Assembly (NCBI RefSeq): GCF_009914755.1
Contig: NC_060928.1
Source: the human T2T-CHM13v2.0 reference genome, Homo sapiens
DNA: 64,000 bases
Strand: one strand, 5' to 3'
The notes beneath the pieces are model-generated. The model worked only from the letters and a program-made list of their open reading frames with translations, had not been told where the DNA came from and made no database searches. A program made the position numbers and the translations under genes. Shown here one piece after another: positions 29,583 through 44,028 of this stretch (position 1 is the stretch's first letter; the number at the start of each line of letters is the position of its first letter).

Positions 29583-29924
29583 CTAAAAATGAAATACAAC
29601 ATAATGGAACAGCTATACCCTCTCGTTTTGGTGCATTTATCTATTAGGTGCAAATTCATAGCTATAGCAAGCTGAATTGGTTACTGACACATTTTCCATG
29701 AATAAACTGCAAATCACATTGAGTTGCAGTTCCAAATAAGGGCATAACTGTGCTTAGAAGGAAAGTACAGAAGAAACTTCAAGGTCACTATCTGATATTT
29801 TTCCTCTCTGCTTTCAACAGTCCCACTGTCAAAGTATACAGCTTGTTTCTGAGCAGAGTTGTCATACGTATCCTATAGTGAGTAACTGCTTTTATTAATA
29901 ATTTATTAATTTTTTTACGTATAC

Positions 29925-30583
<659 letters not shown>

Positions 30584-30676
30584 ATATATTTTCATTTATA
30601 TGAAAATAAGACCGGAAAGGCTGACATAGTTTGTTACTTATAATTTCACTGACTAGAGCTCACATTACCCTAGATC

Positions 30677-31003
30677 AGTAGTTTTCAAATGCAGGGTGGG
30701 GAGTCCTGGGAGGGTTCCACAAACCCTTTGGGGGGCTGTATTTTTGAAATAACACTGAGATACTGTTTGCTGTTTTTACTCTCCTAGGCCCATGAATGTA
30801 AAGGCTACATGACCAATGTGATGGCATCATCACTCAACAGAATGTATGCTTGTATAGCCCTGTACTTTAAAAATTTCTCCATTTTAACTTCTCCTATAGT
30901 AAATATCAATGAATATAACCCACATAAACCAAAGCTCTTTGGAATCCTCCATTTTTTAAGAGTGTAAAGAGAACCTGAGACCAAAATGATTTGAGAACCT
31001 CTG
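30677..31003. mobile_element. hAT-Charlie type DNA transposon remnant
   Basis: Termini cagtagttttcaaa / tttgagaacctctg; imperfect 8 bp flanks ccctagat / acctagac. Confidence 0.6.
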
Positions 31004-33799
31004 ACCTAGACTATGGTTGAATGACATTTTGGGTAATAATCTTGAATATCAAGAGCACAAAAGAAATGGGCAGAAATGGATACTGTCCTACTTATTTCTT
31101 AAAGCTCTGAGAAAATTCAGTTGTTGAATACGCATGTATTAAGCACTTTACGCTTAAACACTAATTCCATAGATAGGAATACAAAAGAACTATAGGAAAG
31201 GGTCCTTATCCTCTATGTATTAACAGATATGATTTGTGTACATGTTAACATAAAATATTTAACAATGCAATAAAGCACTCTGTATGTTCAGGTGCCAAAA
31301 TCAATAGTCTAGGCAATACACACTGCAGAGTTCAAAGGGAGGAGAGACAGGATGACCTGGAGTTGTTAGGGAAATGGGGAGAAGTAGATGGGTCAGATAT
31401 GGCAAGGCAGGGAAGAGGAAGTTGGAAAAGTAGGGCCAGGTTGTGAAGGTTCTTGGACAGCAGGGTACAAATTCTAGTCTTTATGTTCTATTTAATTGGG
31501 AGTCACTGGAGGTTTTTGAGCACAAATTCAGAGTGTTAAAGGTGTGGGCATTTGTACGAGAGAGAAGAAAGAGGAGTACCAGTAAGTAAGCTGCTGGGGA
31601 TGTTGTAGTAATGGAGGATTGAGGTTAAGAGGACCTAAACTAAAGTGGGATGAAAAAGGAGAGATTAAGTAGATACTTTAAGAGAAGACTTAACAGAATT
31701 TGTAGTCAGGTTCCAAAAAAGAACCTCAGCCTTCTGACAGCCCTAACAGATGGGCAACTTAAAAGTGTTAGCCAAAGTTTGAATATAGGTCCACATAAAA
31801 GAGAGAAAGGACAAAATTCATCCCTCCTGAGACGTAGTCTTTACTCTTCTCTGCCAAACCATGCACATTACTGTCTTCATCTTGATGCATTTAACATTTA
31901 TTGAATAGTTACTATAAGCCAGGTGCTCCAAGCTACCAGGATGAACATAGTGTCCACCCTCAAGGAGCTTAATTACAGGCCAGTCAGGTAGACAGACAAG
32001 GTGACTAACAGTTCACAAAGCATGACAAGTGCTGTAGTGGAGCAATGCATACAATACAGAAAGGGTACAGAAGAGGAATGCATCTCCACCTAGCAGGCAA
32101 GGGCATCAGGGAAAGTTTCTAAGAAAAGCTGAAGGTTGAGTTAACTCTTGAAGGATGGACAGGAGTTAACCAGGCAAAAGAGCTAAGAAGGTCACTCTAG
32201 GCAGAGGAAGAAGCATGGAGACTTTGAGAGGCAACCATCTCTGGGAGAACTAATTTTGGTCACTTTATGTGGATGGTGAGAAGGATAGGTGTAGGGATGA
32301 AGCAAGAAATACAATGAGAGATGTGCTTAGGGGCCAGTAAGCAACATAAATACCATGACAAGAACAATGGACTTTATCCTGAAGGCAAAGGGGAACTACT
32401 GAAGAGTTAAAATAGGTTTCCTATACAATCAGATTTGCATTGTAGTAAAATCACTCCAAAAAGAGATGAACTGGAACTGAAGAGCCTAGAAGTGAAGATA
32501 TCAACAGCAGGTTTCTCTAAGAGTCCCAATGAGGTACTGACTGAGGTTTGACTTTGAAGCTGAAGTCTGGGGAAAGGTGTTAAGAGGTAGAACTGTCAGG
32601 ATCTCGTGATTGTTTGGATATGAGTGTGGCACAAAGGGGTCGAAGATGACTCCCAAATAGGACTGGCTATATAATTTGTGGGGCCCAGGGGGAAAAGAAA
32701 ATGTGGGGCTCACTGTTTAAATCTCAAGCCCAGGACAGCAGAACATTAAACCAAGTGCAGGTCCTTCTCAGCTCCCTTAAAATGGCCTTGGTCCTAAGTT
32801 TCTGGCTAGGTTAAACAAGTGAATGGATGGTTGTAGCCTTTTTAATAGTAAGTATGACAGAGTCCAGTTTTGAACATTTTTGAGTTTGAGGTGCCTATGG
32901 AAAATTCAGTTAAGTTCAGGGCTGGAGACGTAATGCGTAAATTTGAAGTGGAGACTGAGTAACGGATCAGACTGCCCCACTTATGTGTAAAGCAAAAATA
33001 GAACCAGATGGAAAAACAATCATCTGAAACAGAAGCTGATAACTTAGGCGGGAAATGAGGAAAGCCAAGGCACAATTTAAATACCAACTCCAAGAAGTTT
33101 TGTCTCCTTTCAGTTTCACTCATTCCTCTATGTTTTATTTTACTGTTACAAATCTGCAGCCTGCCTATTGTCTTTAGCTGATTTTTTCTGCATGTATTTG
33201 GCTGTATGACTTTAAGCTCCTTGAAGAGAGATTTTACGTCTTTTATCTTCAGAATGAGCCCTCCAGTGACATATATCTAATAGGTCTCTAAAAAGTTAAT
33301 TATCTAAGAAAATCGTTCCAAAGGTCAAAACTTGACTCATTTTTTTCAACAATGTTTTAGAATGAGACTTTTTAAAGAGAAACTACTATAATTGTTCAAA
33401 GGAAAAGTAAGTTAGGTAAGGGGGAAAGTTACTGAAAATTATCTGTATTACAATAAATCACCCTAGCGATTACGTGTATGTATATATTAACACACACACA
33501 TATGCATGTACATGTATGCATACGTATAACTAGATTTTGGGGGGATGAGGAGCCTTTTAAACCATTCTAAGTTACAAGTTTACAATGCAGGTCAGGAAAT
33601 CTTGGATAAATCATTTTTAAAAGTGAACAGGAGATAGTTTTAGACTGGTGACTAAATCTTCAAAAACCAAAGCGTGAGGGGAAATCTGGGATGTCTGCAT
33701 ATTGGAGATGGCAGAAACAAAAAACAAAGATGGCAAGCTGACACCGGGGCAACAGCTGACCCGTTTCTTGTAAGAGGAGCCTTCTCGCTGGGGCTGCGG

Positions 33800-34700
33800 T
33801 TATTTTTATCCAAATCTCTGCTGGCGGCTGAACGGGGTACGTCCCTGGCACGTCCCAGCGCAGGCTTCCAGGCTGGCTCGACCGCCTCCCAGGCTCTCCG
33901 GAAGGAGACCCCTCCTCACCCCCTCCGAGGATCAGCCAGGCCGGGCCGAGCCCGAGGCCGCCCCTGGCTCCTGGTCCCTAGCTTGTGCCAGCATCCTCGG
34001 CGGGGCACAGCTCCTCCCGCCCCGCCCCGCCCCGATCGGCCCCGCCGAACCCAGACCCTGCGGCCCGCGCCCCCCGCACCCCCGGCCAGGGCTCCCGCGG
34101 GCCCAGCCGGCAGGACGCGGCCTCCCCCGCTCCTCCAGCCCGCGGCCGCGGCGGTACTCACAGACCTGTTCTGCAGCCGCCGCCGCCGCTGCCGCCATCT
34201 TCCCGCGCCCGCCGCCGCCGAGCTCCCCGCCCGACTGTGCCCGCCCCTCCGCGACCGCACCCTGCGCGCCTGCGCTTGCGCCCTGGCGGGGACTGGGGGC
34301 ACCCGCTGCTCACACCCTCCCCTCCCCAGCCCGCATCCCTGACGACCCGCATCCCAGCCCTGCGGGCTCAGGCTCTGCGGCGGCCCCTGCACCTAGGACC
34401 TTGGCCTGGGGCGCGTTGTATTGCACAGGGGCCAGAAGGGGCCTATGGGGATTCCGCTCCACCCCGGGCCGCCTGCAGATTCCTCAGAAAGGGCACCCTC
34501 AAAAATCGAGGACGCTTCTCCCCTTCCCCTTTGTTCCCCATCGCTGAAAGATCGGTGCCATCCGGAGCTGTGAGGCTCTCTTTGTTTCTCGGACCAAGGT
34601 CTCCTTGGCTAGGGTGGGAGGGGCCGATATCGAGACCACAAGTGGACGCGGACCGGCGTGGTGACTGCGTGGGCAGAAGTGAACGAGTGGTCACTTAGGT
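33800..34700. promoter_or_regulatory. SGCB: SGCB CpG-island promoter with GC boxes, tandem NRF1-like motifs (34263-34281) and a YY1 motif over the ATG (34191-34201)
   Basis: CpG-dense; tgcgcgcctgcgcttgcgc; minus strand AAGATGGCGGC. Confidence 0.85.
34166..34198 (-). CDS. SGCB: Beta-sarcoglycan exon 1 coding part (33 nt)
   Basis: AAGATGG Kozak; MAAAAAAAAEQ; donor CAG|GTCTGT keeps frame with exon 2. Confidence 0.95.
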
Positions 34701-36228
34701 GGCTGGAGTCTTGAAGACTGAGAGTCCTCAAGGAGGACGTTGAATCCTTCGGGCTGCTTGACTTCGGAGGCCTATGAAGTCTGATGTTTTTATCCTGCGA
34801 TACTGGGGATGGATTTTTCATTTAGTGTTGGAGATAGTGTTACCATGTATATCCTCGGGAACCTAATTGAACGGACATTTACTGAACACCGGGAAGCCAC
34901 TCAAATGTACGAGTTACTTGAGTAGACATTCATTGTTCCCTGTTGTAGATATAATCCAATAATTATTTTAGCTGAAAAAAAATGCAGTGAAGTCAATAGC
35001 AACTGTTCCTCATGTAGCTGAATCACTTCTAATAAGCACCTTTGGGCCCTAGTACTGTCTAATTCAGTGGGAGTCAGTACCTAGCTGGTCATCAGTCTCT
35101 CTGCATTTCTTTTTTCCTAAATGCTGGAACCACTTGACTCATATCTCTAGACTCACTCCTCTCTGAGTCTGTGGGACAAACATGCATTTTAGGCAGGAAA
35201 ATTCTAAGTTAAAGCCCAATGATGCAGGAGTCAGCAGTAAGGCTCTGTGTTAATATTCTGCCTGTGGTCTCATTGATCAATTTGCACAACTGGGCTTTTA
35301 ACTGATTCTGAGTTCCTATCTTCTAGTCCTTAATTCCTAAGCTTTGCGTTTTTCTCTCTGCTGGGAAAGTTCTTCTTCCCTGGCACGCGCACTCTTATTC
35401 ATCCTTCAAGAACTATTCTATTCAAACGTCATATTTTCTCTAAAGGCTTCAGAGGCTCCCACAGATCTGTTCCTTAACTGTGTGCCTAGCCTTTTCTAGC
35501 ACTTCAGATTGCATTGTATTTTTATCTTGTCTACCTGCTGATTTCATTCAAAAGATGGTGTGTTCTATCTGGAAGGTAGGTGTCTTACTCATCGTTTAAT
35601 CTCCAATGTCTAGCACAGTAATTAAACTTAATAGATATCTTAGAAATCTGCCCAGTATCCCAATTTCTAAGCCCTGACTTGATTTTGCCAACCTCCCTCC
35701 CACTTAGGTGGTGAGATACCTGGTAGCCAATTTTCCTGAAACCAAATGCTCCTTTGGCTATTTGAATATCACCTTCTCTTGGATTCTTTCCTCATCGCTG
35801 ATGTCCATCTCTGACAGGACATCCCACTATTCTTAATGCCAATTTCTATTCTCTTTTAAAGAGATCCAATTCACTCACATGACCACATTTTAATGTGGGT
35901 TATTTTCAAATGTACTATTGTCAGCCTTTTTTCCCCTGAAATAATGACATTTAAAGTCAACTCTGTGCCTGGCAATGCCTCTTTTACAAATGAAGAAATC
36001 AAGGCTTGTAGAGGTTAAATGGCTGACCATCTTTTCAACTCCTAAAGAGCCAGTATTGAATCTAGGTCCATCTGACTAGTCTTTGCTCTTTCTACCATAC
36101 ATCACAGCCTTTAATTTTGCTCTTTCTTTTGACTGTTGCATGATATTAGCATTTGGAAGCACAAAACACAGGTCCCCAGGGCTGGAGTATGAGTCAGATT
36201 ATGAAGACACTTACACCTTTGTTCACTT

Positions 36229-37295
36229 TGCAGTGGTTTGAATAGTGCCCTGCAAAAAGGCATATCCAAGTCCTAACCTCCAGTATCTGTGAACGTGGTG
36301 TTACTTTGAAACAGAGTCTTTGCAGATTGCTATAGAATGAATGTTTGTGTCTCCCCTGAATATTTCACATGTGGAAATCTTAGCCCCCAGTGTGATGATA
36401 TTAGGAGGTAGGGCCTTTAGAAGCTGACTTAGTCCACTTTGTGCTTCTATAACAGACCATCTGAGAGTGAAGAATTTATAAAGCACAAAAAATTATTTTC
36501 CCACAGTTCTGGAGGCTGAGAAGTCCAAGCAGGTTCAGTTGTCTGATGAGGGTCTGGTCTCTGTTTCCAGGATGTTACCTTGAACACCTTGTCATCCTGA
36601 GGGGAGGAATGCCAAGCCCCTATGACCTGAACAGCTCTCAAAAGGCAACACCACCCAATGCTGTTGCATTGGAGATTAAATTTCCGAACATGAATTTTTG
36701 GGGACACATTCACATCATAGAAGGAAATGATGGGTGATTAGCTATCACTATTCATGATTAGTTCTCATGAATAGGATTAGTGCCTTTATAAAATAGATCC
36801 AAGAGAATTGGTTTGTTTCTTCCACCATGTGAGGACACAGTGACATCTATGAATCAGGAAACAGGCCTTCACCAGACACTAAATCTCTAAGCATGTTGAT
36901 CTTGGATGTCCCAACCTCCAAAACTGTGAGAAATAAAGCTCTGTTGTTTATAAGCCACCTAGTCCATATTCTGTTATAGCAGCCCAAATGAACTAAGACA
37001 GATGTTTTTAAGGATCTTGAGATCACTCTGAATTTAGGATGAGCCCTTATCCTTATAAGAGGACAGAATGGCAACATACACTAAGATGATATGAACATAG
37101 AAGCAGAGATTGGAGTGATCACTCTACTAGGCAAGGAATACCAATAATTGCCAACCGCTACCAGAAGCTAAGAAAGAGGGATGGAGCAGATATACGCTTA
37201 GAGCCTCCAGAAGGCTCTGATTTCTTACTTCTAACCTCTGGAACTGTAAGACAACAAATTTCTGTTGTTTAAAGCCACCAAGTTTGTGTGTTACA
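36229..37295. mobile_element. Nested MaLR solo LTRs (MLT1-type outer, MLT1A-type middle, inverted MST-type inner)
   Basis: Two successive LTR starts (tgcagtggtttgaatagtg; tgctatagaatgaatgtttgtgtc), an inverted ttagtcc...gggacacattc segment, and two LTR ends (taagccacc...gactaagaca-like). Confidence 0.65.
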
Positions 37296-40257
37296 AATAC
37301 ACACTTCAAGTTCAACACATGAAAAATTTGAACTCAAAACCTTTCTTCCCAATCTGGTCCTCCTGTGTTCCCTTAGTGAATGATATCACCATCTAGTCAG
37401 ACACCTCAAAGTAGTTCTATACTATTTCTGGAATGATCTTTCTAAAATACAAATCTGATCATGTCACTCCTCACCCTCAAGCTTACCATACTCCAATACC
37501 TTTCATGATAAAATTTAAGCTCCTTATATTTGGTCCTTCACCAAATTTTGGTCCTTCACCAAAAGGTTAGAAACTTTTGGTCCTTCTGCCCCTTTCTAGC
37601 CTTGTTTCCTGCCTGTCCCACACACACATCCAACGTGACTACAGAGGAGTCAGGGAATCAGAGACAAAGTAATCTATCCCTTTATCCCTGTGCAATATTT
37701 GCAGCCCCCATCTGCTTGCCCGAACTCAAGTTCTTAATGGCTCTGTTCCTTTGCATATGTGGCTCTTTCTCCTTTTAATCTAGCTGTCTCTACTTGTCCA
37801 CTAAAACTCAGATCAAGGGATATCTTTTCTGAAAAGCCTTTCTTAAACCTTCTCCCAATCATACATTTCTGATTTGTGTGGACCTCTCTGTGATCCCCAA
37901 GCATGCTGCTATTGTCACATCACACTATACTGAAATTTATTTATTTGTCCATCTGTTTTAGTTATCTGTGAATTCATGCCTCTCCAGATTCTTCCCATTT
38001 TTCAGAACCAACCTCAGTCCTACCTCCTCCTGACAATCACAGCCAGTCCTTATTCCTCTTTCCTTTTAACTATTATTGCACTAATTTGCTGTAACACCCA
38101 TTTGATACTTAGTGCAGTATCTTGTTACTTTACTTTTCATGCATATACAGTTTGCTTCTGATTAGACTGAGTTCCTTACAAAGCAGAGGTAATGTGTTAT
38201 TATTTTCCATGTTGCTCTAAGTCCTGAACACATTAAGAACCAAGTATATAATACATACTTAATAGCTCTGATGAATATTAAATTAATTTTTTCTATTGGG
38301 TAAAAAATATTACTAGCATCTAAGTATCTCTGACATCGGTATCTAATGCTCACCATACCATACCCCAGAGAAGGCCACTAGACTAACCCTCATCTCTGTG
38401 TCTTCTAAGTGCTCTTTCAAGGGTCCAGTTCTGCCCCTTCCATACTTAACCTCTGTGACCTCCAATGTGATATAAAAGAGACCCAATCATACAGTTTTTC
38501 TATTTACAGCCCTTTGCTGCCTCCCCACTGCCTATGAAATAAAGATCAATTCCTTTAGCCTGATACATAAGACCCATCATAGTTGAAACCAGGACTATCT
38601 TTGCAGTCTTGTCTCTGATTCCCTGACTACTCTGTAGTCACATTGGACTACTATTTGTCATTTTCTGCCCCTCCATTCAATTTCATGCCTCTTTGCTATG
38701 ATTCTTCCTGTTTCAAGTTGCTCTTCTCTTCCTGGTGAACGTCTCTCCATCCTTCCAAAACAGGCTCTAAACATTACCTTTCTATGACTTTCCCTGATCC
38801 TTTTTCAGAAGATGGGAAAGGAGGCAAAGGAGGAGTCATTGTTTCCGCAGAACGTTTATCTACTCTAACTGACAACATTGAAGTATGGTTGCTTTTCTCT
38901 TTCTTGAATAGATTATGAGATTCTAGGGAACAGAGACTGAGCTTAATTCTGTCCATGCTTAAGGCAGATGGTTGTGTCACACTAGAAATCCAGTAAATGT
39001 TTATTAAAAGTGCTGAAAAGGATCTATTTCAACATCACTCATCCTAGGGACTATCTCGTGCTATCCCATATCCCTCTCCTGATGTGCTTAAGGACATCTT
39101 GCAAGGTAGACCATATCCACTGTGTCTCTGCAATAGCTTGATATGTCCTGAGCTTACTCCTCCTCGGGGGATTTTCACAGAACCATGACCTTGCCATTGC
39201 ATTTAGCTAGCAGAGCTGAAAAGATGGAGGGTGAGGACGCCTTCTTTTCTGAAAAACCTATGATGGAAACCTGGGTTGCGATAGGAAAAATATTTTGCAG
39301 CTCTCCAAAATCACACTACATCTACCTTGGGTTTTTTCTCCTTCTAATCTGTATTTGTTGCAAATGTTCTATAGTTTATTTAGGGGCTAAGGTGATACAC
39401 TTGTGATATATTTAAAATTTCCTCTTGTTTTTATAGTTTAATCAATAGTGCACATGAAATAATTGTACAAAAAAATTCTGAACTGCTGCTCTGTGTGGGT
39501 AGTGCTCCTTGGTATGACACAGCAAACAGCATTCTTCCTTCTGTCAGTGGGGGAACCTGCCTCCCACTCAGTTCCCAATAAATTCATTTGTTCTCCAATG
39601 GGTGTTTTTTAGAAAATATTTTCCTTTCCCTTAATGTGGCAGAGAAAAGGACAAAACAGAACTCCTGAAAGGAGAATACAGAACACTCAGGTTAGAAAAC
39701 ACTTAAGTGGACAAAGAAGTGTTTTGCTACCTACAAGAACAAAGTGCCTCTGAGCACAAAGGGCCTAAGCAATACCTTGGATAAACATTGCATTTAAAGG
39801 CAACTTTATGCAAGTGGGTCAGCAAAGACTAAAAGATTTTCTTCAAATAGTAATACAGGCCCTGATCCAAAGACACAAGATCCAAACACAGACAGCAGAA
39901 GGAGAAGAATACCGTGGCTCAGCCAGGAAAGGATGAGGAGTGCTTAAAAGAGCATCCAAGCCAAACACAGGTTGTTCTTATCAGCCCCTGGCTAAGGGTT
40001 AGCAACTGTCCTTAGTGAAGAAGACTTGAAATTAAGATGAAAATCCTACTGCGTAATATAATCCCCTGTAATTTATTGCATATATTTATGTTTGGTGTAG
40101 TGTGAACTAAATATACATAGCTCTCACTTCAGCTCTCACTTCAGGCAGTGGATTCAGCTCATCTTTTGTTGGCTTCTTAAAATGCCCAATTAAAAATCTT
40201 TCAAGCTGACTGATGTAGGTAAAAATCCAGGGTAGACAAAATTAAAATCTATTCCAA

Positions 40258-40556
<299 letters not shown>

Positions 40557-41560
40557 CTATTCCATCTACGTACTTGACACATTATCCTTTCTAGAACAAA
40601 TCACTCCTGGCTAGGTAGTAGAATTATGACACCGTAAGAACCACGAATTGGCTGTTAAAATTGCCTTCTATCTCAGTGGATTATGACATCAGATACAAAG
40701 CAGCCAATCACATCCTTTCCTTTCCAATCTGTTTCCTTTTCCTTCCTCTCTTCCTCCTCCTGGCTCCCAACTTGTTTCTTCTTTCTTATGTGCCAGTTGC
40801 TGTGCTGAGGATATGAAGCTAAATAAGCCTCTCTCCTTTTCCTCATGAAGCTCAAAAGCTTAGATAGGAAGCAAATAAATATAATATAGCATGATAATTG
40901 CAAGAATATTAACATGTCCAAAAGTTAAAGAGAGAAAGCATAAAGAAGAAAGTGATGAGCTCTGAGGGGTTGAGGTAATTAGGAAAAGTTTATCAGTTTA
41001 AGCTGGGTTTAAATTTGTTAAAAGTGCAACTATAGAGAACTTCCTTGACTGGAGGTTAGAAATAGTAGTTATTCTAGCAAGCTGGCAGAATAAATTTTAC
41101 TAAAAAAGGGAGCCCAACTTTTGGTGATTGGCTAATGCGCCCAAAATCAATGCTTGACCTAAGGTGAACTATGAACCAAAAATTGAAACAAAGATCAAGA
41201 TTTGCTCAATCTTGAACCTAATCAGTATGGTAAAACAGTATTAAAGACTGTCAGAACTGCAGGGGATCTGGGAGCTCATCTATTCCATATTACTCATTTT
41301 ATAGATGAAAAAAATGTCTCCAAGTGATTAAAGATTTATATGAAGTCATAAGAATTCACTAATTGGCAGAGTGTGAGATAAAGCAACAGTGTTTATGTTT
41401 TGAGTTTGCTGTTCTTTCAACTTCTCCCAAAATTGCTTAATTGGTAATGTCCTAAAATAATCAAATTAGGACAAAATTTGAGCATCAGAATATTCCCCAA
41501 AGAGAATCATTACTTATCGGATATTTTCTGTCATATGTGAAAAAAACGAGGCTTATCAAC

Positions 41561-41873
<313 letters not shown>

Positions 41874-43500
41874 TAAAATAGAATCTCAGCCATATTGACT
41901 ACATGCTTATAATTTAACACACATGGACTCTTTAATTAGCAATATAAACTATTTGCACTCTAGGCTTTTGCTCTCTCTTAAATTGATTGCTATTTAGCAC
42001 CCATCAAAAGCTCTGCAGAGGGGACCATCATTAACGGCATTTACGAAGACATCCACTTATTCCAACAGGTATGCAAGTTCTAAGCTTGTATCAAATAACA
42101 TCACCTGAGAACTAAAAATGGAGTGTCAATTACTTGGCCTGCTCTTTGATGAGCTGTTCTAGCGTTACTCCTTCAGCATTCATCAAAGGTGGTTTCACAA
42201 AACAATAATATCAAGATTTTTTCTACATATTTTTTAAAAAAATTTATTAAGAGATCTTTCATCTAGGTTGTCCAATACTCTTTGGAAATGAGCAAACACA
42301 TTGTAGATTGGTACCAATAAAATATGTTTTCATTGAAACAGCTAGTATGTGTACTTTAAACATCAAATCATTATCATAAAACTCATTTTCCTTTCTGCTT
42401 TGGCTTCCACTAAGCCCAGAAAAATAATATAAAATGACGCTCTTAGTACATGGGCGTACATTTTGGGCATATTTGCTTTTTCCTTTAAAAATATTACTAA
42501 TCTGACAGTATTTTCAAGTGTCTTACTATAAGCCATCTCAGATCCTTTTTTGGAAGTACTAGGGTAGAGAGGGTAAATAATGAATAAACATGTGAAACAT
42601 TTCCTTTATTTTGATCAGCAGGAGGAAGACCAACGCTTCTTATCATAAACACAAGTTCCTGCTATACACAACACATCCTTGAATTCTAGGGAAGCCAAGA
42701 TGTACATGAAATGACTGCAGGTCTTAAAGGTCTTGAATCTAATTGTGGCACTGGGGCATATGTAGAGATAAATATCACGTAGCATATGCTAAGGTGATTT
42801 CGAAGATCTATTCTATCTTAAGACACTGTAAGTCTAATTATTAAATGAGCAATACAGACATTTAGTCAAAGTGTGTTCTGTTTTGAGGGAGCTGCTTAAA
42901 TACTGGTATTTTAGCCAATATTTTTCTTTCTGAGGGTTGTAAAATTTGGGGGTAACTGTATTAGTCCATTTTCATGCTGCTGATAAAGACATACCCAAGA
43001 CTAGGCAATTTAAAAAAGAAAGAGGTTAAATTGACTTACAGTTCCACATGGCTGGGGATGCCTCACAATCCTGGCAGAAGGCAAGGAGGAGCAAGTCACA
43101 TCTTACATGAATGGCAGCAGGCAGAGATAGCTTGTGCAGGAAAACTCTCCTTTTTTAAAAAACACCAGATCTTGGGAGACTTATTCACTATCAGGAGAAC
43201 AGCATAGGAAAGACCTGCCTCCATGGTTCAATTACCTCCCACTGGGTCCCTCCCACAACCTGTGGAAATTCAAGATGAGATTTGGGTGGGAACACAGCCA
43301 AACCATATCATTCTGCCCCCTGACCCCTCCCAAATCTCATGTTCTCACATTTCAAAAGCAATCATGCCTTCCCAACAGTTCCCCAAAGTCTTAACTCATT
43401 TCAGCATTAACTCAAAAGTCCACAGTCCAAAGTCCAAAGTCTCATCCTAGAGAAGGCAAGTCCCTTCCACCTATGAGCCTTTAAAATCAAAAGCAAGTTA

Positions 43501-43550
43501 CACGTTGTGCACATGTACCCTAGAACTTAAAGTATAATAAAAAAAAAAAA
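43501..43550 (+). mobile_element. Minimal L1PA 3' end nested in THE1 internal region
   Basis: cacgttgtgcacatgtaccctagaacttaaagtataat plus A tail; TSD aaatcaaaagcaagtta (43484-43500, 43558-43574). Confidence 0.85.
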
Positions 43551-43700
43551 TCAAATCAAATCAAAAGCAAGTTAGTTACTTCCTAGATACAATGGGGATA
43601 CAGGCATTGGGTAAATACAGCCATTCCAAATGGGAGAAATTGGCCAAAACAAAGGGGCTACAGGCCCCATGCAAGTCTGAAATCCAGTGGGATAGTCAAA

Positions 43701-44028
<328 letters not shown>

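Noticed and set aside
33470-33530. Alternating purine-pyrimidine, quasi-palindromic stretch in SGCB intron 1
   Set aside because: Low-complexity (CA/TA/TG) sequence; apparent hairpins are expected by composition.
33674-34698. Long overlapping ORFs (222, 237, 158 aa) at the SGCB promoter
   Set aside because: Low-complexity Pro/Arg/Ala/Gly translations caused by stop-codon scarcity in a CpG island; only 34166-34198 fits the spliced gene.
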